64,000 bases of DNA from NCBI RefSeq assembly GCF_009914755.1, contig NC_060926.1; one strand, 5' to 3'. The stretch comes from the human T2T-CHM13v2.0 reference genome, Homo sapiens. Below the pieces are notes generated by a model that worked only from the letters and a program-made list of their open reading frames with translations, was not told the DNA's origin and ran no database searches. Below are positions 48,352 to 60,520 of the stretch, in pieces (positions within the stretch are counted from its first letter, which is position 1; each line of letters opens with the position of its first letter). The position numbers were made by a program, and so were the translations under genes.

Positions 48352-49646
48352 TGATTTTAAAGGTTGTGGAAATTTTGGTAGAAACTCTGCCTGGTAAGTT
48401 ACAGATGGTACTGCATCTTTTGAAGGAATGCCCCCATTCTTTCAAAAGATTGATTTCACGAATTCCCAAACATATGCCAAAGAATTTCTCACCTCTTGAG
48501 AAGTCTTGGACCACATTCCCCATCTGCTGGAATTTATGTTCTGCCCGAAGTGGATCGCCTACTTAACTTTTAATTTTTTGTCTGTGGGTTGATACCTTTC
48601 TAAATCACAAAATCACCATGATGCTAAGCAAAAGATGAAGACGCTAAAGGTGGTGAGGTCCAGGAAACTCAGAATAGGGCTTTGTCGTCTCATGGACACA
48701 TGGGAAGAAAGGTGAGGTCAGCTTGAGTGTGCAGATGTTGGCATCATTGAAGGTGAAAGGGTGGCTTGGATTGCAGAGGCTCTGCAGGAGAGGGTTGCTG
48801 GGGATGGGCCGAGGTTTGGGGATTTAACTTGTTTCTGAAGGGTGTTCTCAAATCCTGCTCTGGATAATTCCCCAACTACCATTTAATCAGCTCCATTAAA
48901 CCCTGCCCTGTCTAGCGCACTGTGCTCCAGACAGGGCTCTCCTGGGCTCCCAGTAATAGCTCAATTGTGTGTAAGTGGCTGTGAAGAGGCTCTGTGTGCT
49001 GGATGAATAGGCCTCATCTCCATGGAAACCAGAGCTTACTGAGGGGCTGACCTCTGACCCACTTGTTGCCACCATACTGTTAACCACTGGTACCTCTTGG
49101 GTGGAGAAAGAAAGCAAGGAAATGGCTGTCAGAATTGTTTTCATTTTCCCTTAGTTTAGGCCTGGGTCCCCACTAAGTACAAATAACACGCTCATATTAA
49201 TCCAAAGCACTTGGATGTGAGTTTGGCTTCATTATGGACTTTGTCTGTCCCTACCCTGTCTCCCCGAAGCCATTTCTTTATCCTACAATCTAGGATGCAG
49301 TGGAGTGAGCAGGGTTGGTTTATCACCACCCTCTGGGGATGCTGGGAATGTGGTTCCTAAGGGGCAGTGTGGAAAAGAGGAAGGCCCCGTGCTGGGAGCC
49401 CCACCCCCTAGGCTCAGGGCTGGCTCCCTTGTGGTGTGACCATGGGCACATTTCCTCATCTGTACCATGGAGCTAATCCCTACCTGCAGCCCAGAAGCCT
49501 CGCGGAGCTCAACTAGGAAGAGGCAGCCAATGTGTTATACCTGTGACGCTCTCCACTAGCCAAGGCATTAGGATCTTAAGGGCAAGGGCAAAACAGGTAC
49601 CTTTTTAGCAATGACATAAATAAAAACTTGGCTACACCTTATAAGG

Positions 49647-50090
49647 GGCCAGGTGCGGTGTGGCTCATGCCTGTAATCCCAACACTTTGGGAGGCCAAGG
49701 TGGGAGCACTGCTTGAGCCCAGGCATTCAAGATCAGCCTAGGTAACATAGGGAAAGTCTGTCTCTACCAGAAATAAAAACCCACCAGGCTGGGTACTGTG
49801 GCTCATGATTGTAATCCCAGCACTTTGAGAGGCGGAGGCAAGAGGATCGCTTGAGCCCAGGAGTTCAAGACCAGCTAAGCAATATAGTGAGACCTCGCCT
49901 CTACAAAAAAAATCAAAAAATTAGCCAGGCATGGTGGCATGCCCTCAGCTACTTGGGGAGCTGAGGTGAGAGGATTGCCTGAGCCCTGGAGGTCAAGGCT
50001 GCAGTGAGCTGTGATTGCACTGCTGCACCCCAGCCTGGGTGACAGAGCAAGACCTTGTCTCAAACCACGCCATCCCCCCCCCAAAAAAAA
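49647..50090 (+). mobile_element. FLAM monomer (49647-49780) followed by AluJ (49787-50090)
   Basis: Three consecutive monomers; AAAAACCCA(A)CC flanks the AluJ. Confidence 0.9.
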
Positions 50091-51219
50091 CCCAACCTTG
50101 AGACTCATGCCAAGATGGCTTTAACAACCCTGAAGTGAGTTATTCACTCAAGCCCGGTCTGTATCAGTGAGTATTTCAGACCCTATGGCACTCTGTCCAT
50201 ACAGGCAGATTTTTCTGGACTCTGTTCTTTGCTTTGAGATGACCTGGGTCACCATGGTTGTCCTGGACTCCAGGAGACATCACAGGCAAAATCAGGTCCA
50301 TACTTCCCCCGTTTGTCTGCAGAGAGGCCTCTGGTGTGGGTCAGATCCAGGGGCTTTCCTTCTATGTTTGCAGCTGGAGGCCTCTGGATGCAATTGTGTG
50401 AACCCCCTGGTGTGTCCCTGGAGCCCCAGAATGTAAGAATGAATTTTCAAGAGAAAGGTGAGAGACAGGTGCTGGGCTTGTCAGATTTCTGGCTGGGAGG
50501 CATCCCATAAGGTAAGTCAGGTAATTTCTTGGAAAGAGAGCCTTGCCGGGGATCAGTTATATGTATCTACCCATGTATCATGCTCTGGGGGCTGTGTTGG
50601 GGGCAGGGGCAACATAAGAGGTAAACAGAGTCCCAAGTCTGAGCTCCTGGGAGAAAGTCAGAATGCAAAGTAACAATTTCATTTTAGAGGAGCGTCAAAA
50701 GTCTCATGGCTTTCTAGGAATTGCCGAGTAATAGGAACCAGGAGGAGAGAAGGAGGGACTGCAGGGTCATTTGCAGTGACTGAGATTTCCAAATGCTTTG
50801 TTCCCTAAACCTGTCTACCACCACGGGGCGAGGGCATCAGCTCTTTGCATCCCTCAGACCCCAGGTCACTGTCGTAAGCTCTTTTCTTGGAACTCTGATC
50901 TCAGATAACCTGCATTAGTCTGAAATAGGATGCTGAGATACCACCATAGGCTCAGGAGAGGTGCTTTTTAGACCTTTCTGGTTGGGTTTTCCCATCTGCC
51001 CTGAAGTATGGTCCAGGAGGTGGTGATCATTTGGAGCACGTCTTAGGACTGGAGAGGCCCAAAATACCTTCAAGCCTTTTGTTATAGTTCTAAGGTATTT
51101 GTTAGAACTCCTGGACAGTTTGTCTAGTGGTTTGTTGTGTTTTTTAAAATTTCCAGCAACTTGCCCACACACTTGGCCAAGCTTTGGACTGAGAAGGATG
51201 CAGTGGTGCAATCACAGCT

Positions 51220-51265
51220 CACAGTTATAACAAGGATCCTTCACTGGATCCTTGTTATAACTGTG
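51220..51265. repeat. Perfect inverted repeat, 20-bp arms, 6-nt spacer
   Basis: CACAGTTATAACAAGGATCC-TTCACT-GGATCCTTGTTATAACTGTG. Confidence 0.97.
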
Positions 51266-52640
51266 GCCCCTGATTGGAGCCCTGGTGACTCCGAGGTCTG
51301 CAGTGCAGCCCCCTCTCAGCCTGTCGCTTGCTGTCTGGGGCTTCCACAGTGTGGAGCAGCTGCTCCTTTCCTGGGCTACAGGAAGGCTATGTACAACCTG
51401 CACAGGCATCCACAGGATCACTCACTCTAAGTGGTTCAACATGCTTTTCCATCCTCAGAAAATGTCACTATCCATGTACCAACTATTTACAGGAGATTGG
51501 GTTGGGGGCAGTGTTCCCTCTGCCCCAAGTTGTGGGGAGCCAGAAATACACATATATTAACCCTGGGCTTGGAGAGTGGAGAAGAGAGCATCTCTTCATT
51601 CTGCAGCTGTGTAAACAGTGGGGTTGGGGGGTGGGTTGCAAAGCTAAGGATAATGGGGGAGGGAGGAGGGGCATGAAGAAGGAGGGAGGGGGCTGGTGGG
51701 GGGCTGCCAAATCAGGCAGGGTCAGGGAGGAGAGGGTAAGAACAGGAGGCCTAAAGCGGGGTTCGCGGGCTCCCTGGCTCTTCACATATGGAGGACATGC
51801 CTCCGCAGAAGCGGGAGGCATGCAAGCAAAGTGTGAGCGGACAAAGAGGAAAGTGACGCAGGGGGAAGGTGATGCGGGCAGGACCCAACAGGTGGTGGCA
51901 TTCCAGGCGAAGGAGGCTTCCGCCCTGGGCCGCCAGGGTCAGTGGGAGGAAAGGCTCTCCCTGCCTGGCTCAGTTGAAGCAGATGATTATTAGGTTCCTG
52001 CTGTATACCCAGAGCAGCCCTGGCGCAGTGGCAGCGAGCGAGGGAGGTGGAGATTCAGTTGTGTAAGACATAGGCACTATTCACTAACAGTCCATAAGTG
52101 CATGGGGAAGAAAGGCCAGCACACAGACGACTCCAGGCTTCGGCACTTTGTGTCCTGTGAAGGGTTTTGGAGGAAGGGGAGGAGCCCCGAAGTCAGGGCA
52201 GGCAGCGGGAGGCGGGCTTAGGAGCTTCAGCTGGGGCAGGGAAGGCCGTTCTCCAGGTACTGGGGGAAGGGCACAAGCAAACAGAGACACGGAGCCTTCA
52301 GCTGCCTTCTCTGCAAGGAAGATGACTACTCTTTTGGGGGGATTCAGAGCAGCATCTTATCCGGCACATGGCACCCGTGGTAGGAACTGAGTCATCCCGC
52401 ACAGCCGGGGCCGTGATTCCTTCATTGATTCTTCCTTCAACGCTTCCTTATGGATTGCCTTCTGCCTCCAGTCACTGTCCTAGGAGCTGAGGATGGGGCA
52501 GAAAACCACACAGGCAAAGTCTATGCCCTCATGGATATCACATTCTGCTGGGGGGAAACAGAGAGTGAACAGATGGAAACACCCAGACAGTAATGATACA
52601 CCATACAGAGGACTGCGCAGCACAGTGGGGTAGTATCTGA

Positions 52641-52955
<315 letters not shown>

Positions 52956-53296
52956 TAAACAGGGGTCCAGGGGTATGACTAAATCTGATATAAAATTTAA
53001 CGTAATTCCTTAACTGTGTAGAATTTAACTGTGTAGAAAAGAGATGGAAGGAAGGGTTAAGAGTTGGGTCCCTGTTTTGGAGATGTATATACCCCACTTC
53101 CCTCACTGGACCAGCCCGCCAGGCTGAGGCTCCCCCTGCAGTCCCTGTATGCTCCTTCCTATGCAGTCGGAGGCCTTCCCTGTGGTCCTTTGCCCTGCTT
53201 CTCTGCTGCTGTGAGGGTTGCTCCCTGCCCTCCAGACCCCTCCCTGCCCTGCCACGGACACAGACCCCAGGCAGCATCCCTCCCCCTCATGCTGGG

Positions 53297-53370
53297 CACA
53301 GTGTGGACTGTTTCTCCTCTATGTGCAAACTCATCACAGTGTGGACTGTTTCTCCTCTATGTGCAAACTC
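53297..53370 (+). repeat. Perfect 36-bp direct duplication separated by AT
   Basis: CACAGTGTGGACTGTTTCTCCTCTATGTGCAAACTC at 53297 and 53335. Confidence 0.96.
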
Positions 53371-53487
53371 TTCCCAACCCATCATGCCCTGGAAGATGCC
53401 ATGCCCCCAAACGCAGTGGGAGCAGTGGATTTGGCCCAGGTCTGTCCCTGGCCTGCTGGATGACTTTGCACCAATCTCTCCAGGGTG

Positions 53488-54119
<632 letters not shown>

Positions 54120-54299
54120 GCTCTGGGAGCCTCCCTTTCCTCCTCTGCACAATGGAGATGATTATGTCCCTGCACCTCCCTCTCTCACAAGGCTGTTGTG
54201 AACACAGAGGAAGCCGGGGGACTGCTGTGGAGATGAAGGATGTTTTAAACCTCAGGCTGTCATCGCAGAGGGTGTGGATGGCAAACCGGAGAGGAGTCA

Positions 54300-54698
<399 letters not shown>

Positions 54699-55331
54699 AT
54701 CAGTTGCCTGAAATAGTGCTTGTACTTACAGATTAAGTCACCAAGGGGCAGAATTTTGTGCCTGCTGAAATTTGAAAAAATAGTCTTGCAGCCAAAAGAG
54801 AGAAAAATGTGTTTCTTTCCTAAACTATGGTAATAGTAAAAGTATGTGATGCTTTTTGTTAAGTTTTATTTTAATGGAAATATTAAATCTGTGCCTTTTG
54901 TTTTTGTTTTTAAGGAAATGGAGAAAGGAAGGAAGCTGGAGGGTTTAAATTCATTATGCTAGCTTTAGATTCTGCAAAATCAGGAAATCAGAAAGTACAA
55001 GTTCTCAGAGTTAGTGACATTTAACTCAATTGGGAAGGGCCCGCCCAAGGTCACCCTTTTAAAGGGTTTGTCTTCCTTTTCAACATTTTTTACACAGCAT
55101 GTCTTTTGGAGCTCAGCAGTTTTTGCTCTCTTTCTTTCTCAGTGTGGGAACAGAAGTTGGCACACGAGTATTTTCCTCATTTGACTCTTGAAATGCCCTG
55201 TCCTCAGTGCCTTCTACATGGTGGTGCACAGTAGAAGTTTGTTGACTGACTCATTGAGTCTAGAGGATGGGAGCAGGGGAACAGCAGGGAAGAGCCTCTT
55301 TGCACTCTTTGATCCAGAGGACTGGATGCAC

Positions 55332-55648
55332 TTTGTTTTTGTTTTTTTTTTTTTTTTTTTTTTTTTTTTGAGATGGAGTTTCACTCTTGTTGCTTAGGTG
55401 AATGCAATGGCACCATCTTGGCTCACTGCAACCTCTGCCTCCCGGGTTCAAGCGATTCTCCTGCCTTAGCCTCCTGACAGCTAGGATTACAGGTGCCCGC
55501 CACCATGCCCAGCTAATTTTATATTTTTAGTAGAGACAGGGTTTCACCATGTTGGTCAGGTTGGTCTCGAACTCCTGACCTCAGGTGATCTGCCCACCTT
55601 GGCCTCCTAAAGTGCTGGGATTATAGGCATGAGCCATCGGGCCCAACC
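55332..55648 (-). mobile_element. Alu (AluSp/Sq-like)
   Basis: GAGTTTCACTCTTGTTGC, GTTGGTCAGG. Confidence 0.94.
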
Positions 55649-55817
55649 TGGGTACACTTTCAAGCAGTCCTTGTTCATGCATGATAATTCAGGCCCCAGA
55701 TATATTTTTATTTTATTGACTTCCTTAGAAACTTAAAAAAAGAAATTAAATACAGCCACTGTTTATTTTTAGTATTTTAACTAAACTGTCTGTTGGACTC
55801 TATTTGTATTTCCTTAG

Positions 55818-55832
55818 GACCTGGATAACTCC
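55818..55832 (+). other. Candidate 15-nt micro-exon
   Basis: tatttgtatttccttag|GACCTGGATAACTCC|gtgagt; length divisible by 3; inference from splice signals only. Confidence 0.4.
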
Positions 55833-57899
55833 GTGAGTCCAGGAATAGTTTGCTTTTTGGTAAATATTCCTTTCAGGTTTCTCTTTGCTTGCTTGCTTTT
55901 TTTTTGGGCGGAGGGGGGCGGTGGTGCGGGGGGGGCAAGAATAGATTTTTGAATCATGAGAACCTAAAAACATCTGTAAGTCTAAGGGACCATCTTAAAG
56001 AAGCCAGTGAGAACTTCTTCTATTATCTGGATCACTTAAAATCAAACCAAGCATTTACCTACAAGGCCCCAGGGGCTCTGACATTTGTGATCTCATAATT
56101 CTTCCATTGATACCATGAGGCTGGAAACCCTATGGTTGCTGGCTTCCCTGTCACTTGGCTGCCTCTGGGCTGCCAACATAGAACCCACGTCACATAAAGC
56201 CCCGGCCCAAGTAAAATGCCAACATCCAGGCCAAATCCACACTTTTCCATTTGTGAACATGTCGCGCTTAAGAATTACCTCCCTTCTTTCTGGGATGGCT
56301 CAAATAATGGAAGGAATGGTCCTCCATCACCTTGAGGTTTTGTCAGCTTGACGTCCTCATCCAAGCCTGACCACAGCCGTTATGACAGCATGAATGCAAA
56401 CACCACCTCTCCTGACCTAGACGCTGCACCCGGCTGTGCCCGCTTCTGCTGTAGGGAGAGTCAGTGAGGTCCATCTGCAGCCTTCCTCCTTTTCCTTGAA
56501 TGGGGCTTGGCATTGAGGTTTGTGCACACCCTGTATAGAAGGCAAATGTTGAGGCCAGCCTTGTCCCCAGGCTCAGTCTTCCTGAAGACTTTGTCACTCC
56601 TGCTCACAGCACCCACTTTCTCCCCTTCCACACGGGATGTGTTGCTTCCTCCTGTTTCTTCTCTTTGCAGATCTCCAGTTTTCTGTCTCCTTCAAGAAAT
56701 CTCCCCAGGGCCTCTATATCCCCTTTTCTCTGCCTCCCTATTGAAGCAGATGTTTTACCTCAGCCTTTCCTAGTACACTGTACTGTTTTAAAAACTATTG
56801 AATGAAAGGGCATGTTTTCCTTTCCTTTCCCCATTTAGATTACACACCTCTGGCAGTGGGGCCTCCGGCAAGTCTTAAAGATCTCGACGCACCGACATCT
56901 TGGCACATAGTAGTTAACAATAAGTAACTGTTCAATTGGCTTCTAGTTGAACCTCATATGTCTTGGTTAACATGTGCAGGATTGGTAGGCATTCAGCCCC
57001 AATTATTCCGCCCTTAACTCATTTTTGCAGTTTATTAATAATCAGTTGGCACGCAGTTTCAAAAGAACTAATTCTGTAATAACATGTTATGGCTACTCCT
57101 CGGCGCCATTACATGCCTGAGGTCCCTTGCTGTCCCTTTGTGTTTTTGATGAAAGGTAACAGCCTGGTGTTCCCAGCCGTCACCCAGAGGTGGGAGCAGA
57201 TCCGGCTGCTGCAGCTTATTGCTAGGAATGGGTGAGGCTGAGTGGAAGCTTTAGTAACTCAGGTGCGGCTCTTAAGCTTTGTTTTGAGTTTCAAAAGGGC
57301 TGTTTTGTCCCTTACTCGTGAAGTGGCCTTGTGTGACATAATGGCCCCCTCTGTGCAGGGTTCGAGGGGAAGGGAAGGGGAACATGCCCAGCGACTCCAC
57401 GTGGGGAAGTTGCATTTCCACACCATTCACAGGGGATCCAGTGTTTTCGGAATTGTCTGGGTGTGAACAGCATAAGAGGTGCTAGAAACTCAGCAAGGGA
57501 AGGGGGAGCTGGGCCAGGAGGAGAAGGCTGGGGATGGGCTGAGGAGAGAGAGCTTCCTGGCCAGAGGCAGCCCCAGGCATGGGTCTTGGGTTCTGAGTGG
57601 GCAGGATTCTGGCTCAGGGTGAGAGGTGAAACTTCGTTCAGGAGATATACGCTGAGCCATCCACTACGTGCCAGGCACCTTAGAAAGGGCCGGGTATTCA
57701 TATTGTGACTTCACACGGCTCCCTGCAGAGTTGACGTTGGGAGCTGCCCTGCTAGCCACGGACCACGTTGTGAACAGCACCCCCTGGGGGTGGGAGATGT
57801 GGTGGGCGGAGTTCAGGATCCAGCCACAGGGAAAGAACGAACAGGCAAACTGTGGGATCCCGGCCTGCCAGGGAGGGTTCAGGGTAAAGCCTTCAGTTT

Positions 57900-58950
57900 G
57901 CTTGTTCATTCATTTATTCAATATTTATTGAAGGCCTCACAGGGAGGTGACAAACTCTATAGACACATACACGGGGGAAGAGCACGCCAGGCAGAGGGAA
58001 CAGCAGGTGCAAAGGGGATGGCGCTTGGTAGGTTCCAGGAGCGGGCAGAACAGAGTGGCTGGAGCAGAGTGGGCAAGGCTGGGGGGCAGCACTGAAGGAG
58101 GCACAGTCAGAAAGGGGACAGGGGGCTGGTCACAGGGGCATGCAGCCCATGATGAAGCCTTTTGACTGAGATGGGGAGTAGAGAGGGGTCTTGAGCAGAA
58201 AGGTGACGTGATCCAACCTTTGTTTTAACGTAGCGCCATGGCTGCCATGATATAATCATAGACCGAAGGGGTCAAGGGTAGAAAATCAGAGACAAGTTGT
58301 TGGGCCAGTGGGGCCTGGATGGTGGCAGTAGAAATGGGGAAAGTTCTCAGATTCTGGACCCATTTTGAAGGAGGAGTGACAGGATTTGCTGATGGAACAA
58401 ATGTGGGGAGCAAGAGGAAGAAGAGTTAGGAATGTCTCCTGGGCAGTGGGAAAGAAGAAAGTGTCATTGACAGAAATGGAGAAGACTGTGGGAGGGGCAG
58501 GTTTGGGAGGAAATAATTAGGAGCTCTGTTTGGGACATGTTGTATTGGAGATACTTTTTGGACATCCAGTGGGGAGAGTGATAGGTGGGGTAATTGGGTC
58601 TAGAAGTCAGGGATGAGGTCTAGGTTAGAGACAGAGACTTTAGTCATCAGCATGTTGATGGTACTTCAAGCCATGAGACTGGAGGAGATCCCTGAGACTG
58701 AAGCTGAGAAAAAAAGAGGTCAAGGGCTGAGCCGTGGGCACTACAGCTTTTGCACACTGGAGAGAAGAGCAAGAACTGGCAAAGGAGACTGAGAAGGAGC
58801 AGCCAGAGAGGTAGGAGGAGACCTGGTGGGCGCCGCATTCCTGCAGCCAAGGAGGGGAGTGTACGAAGGAAGAGGGGCTGCTGCTGAAGGTCGAGTGAGA
58901 TGAGGGCTGAGAAACAACCATTAGGTTTAGCAAATGCAGGTCTTTGCTGT
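57900..58950 (-). mobile_element. L2 relic
   Basis: TTCATTCATTTATTCAATATTTATTGA, CAGGATTTGCTGATGG, TTGACAGAAATGGAGAAGACTG, AAGCCATGAGACTGGAGGAGATC. Confidence 0.82.
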
Positions 58951-59432
58951 CCTCAAAATATAGACTTGGCACTCTGCCCGCTAGCAGGACAGATTCCAGA
59001 ATAGAATCTGGTATCAAGACAGATACCAGGGAGAGGAGGCTCTTCAAAATCCCAGGCACGTCTGGCCCCCTAGGAGACTCAGGAAAAAGTCTCCAGACTT
59101 GGAACCTAAGCTGGACTGCCTTATCTGAGAAGATTGGTGTAATCAATGGTTTGGTGTCAGGCTCCCATAGAGAATGGGGTGAAGCTGACTATGGCTCAGC
59201 ACTTGCTTAGGATAGTGGGCCATAGGGGGTTCCCTTCTTGGATGGAGGGCCGAAGGCAAGCCTCTTCACTGGGCATCAGTCACCAGTCCCTCTTCCCTCT
59301 AAGATGGGGTAGGTTGGCTGACAAGGCTTCCCACTGGCACAGTGCAACCAGAAGTCCCAGATGGGGACCTGGAACCATGTGGCTCATCTTTGAGCTACAA
59401 GGTCAGAGCCAGGGGCCTCTTTAAAACAGACC

Positions 59433-59751
<319 letters not shown>

Positions 59752-60349
59752 CAGACCAACAGTTGCCCATAGACCAACAGCAGTTTGTCAGATGGAAACA
59801 GTTAAAGGATGGCCATGTCCTTCTTGGGCAGTGCAGTGCCGGTTTTGGTCACCCGGTGACTGACCAGCTCTCCTTTGCCCAGAAAGATCTCCAAGTGAAT
59901 GGCAGTCAGGTGTCCCCCATGAATGTGGTTTAGGACAGGACTGTCCACAGTGCTGACTCAATGCAATGGTGTTATTTATTGCTTCTGCTAGTGGTGGTGG
60001 TTGGCTTGGTTCTGATCTCCAGATGTAACAGTGCCATCCAGGCAAGTGAAATCATGCATTGGGAAAAAATCGAGGATGGACATCTCAACACAGTTGGGTG
60101 TAGTTTCCACTTGCAATTACTCATAAGCTTCACAGGCTTAGTGGAATCTTAAACTGCCCTCAAAGGAAAACTCAATTAGATCAAAATGGATTTAATTACT
60201 TAATGAATTCTAAATGTGTCAAAATTGACAGGCAAGCTTATTTGGGGGCCTGGGAGAGGGAAGTACTATGAAGAGTGTCACATGCCTTTCATGACAGAGC
60301 AGAAGGGAGCTCACCTCCCACACAGCTCCACCCACATATTCCCAGATTG

Positions 60350-60520
60350 ACATACTTAACGACTCACATCCATTATCTCATTTCATCCTCAAAATAGTTC
60401 TAAGAATTAAGTGCAGCTGGTATAATCACTCCTATTTAATAGACAGTGAGTTGAGGCTTATTGAGGTGATGGATTTGCCCCTGGCAAGGCGAGGCTCTCC
60501 ACGCAGGTCTCCTGACTTCT
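60350..60520 (-). mobile_element. MIR relic
   Basis: CATTATCTCATTTCATCCTCA, TTGAGGCTTA..GATTTGCCC. Confidence 0.65.

Noticed and set aside
50505-50520. Consensus donor AAG|GTAAGT (similar ones near 20276, 25405 and 27373)
   Set aside because: Isolated donor-like 9-mers are expected by chance in 64 kb; no clear paired acceptor or frame
51328-51993. 221-aa plus-strand ORF
   Set aside because: Non-ATG start; Gly/Arg-rich because of G-skew; no recognisable domain or exon structure
54895-54950. Strong-looking acceptor tttttgtttttaag|GAAATGGAGAAAG
   Set aside because: No convincing donor downstream (only GG|GTTTAA)
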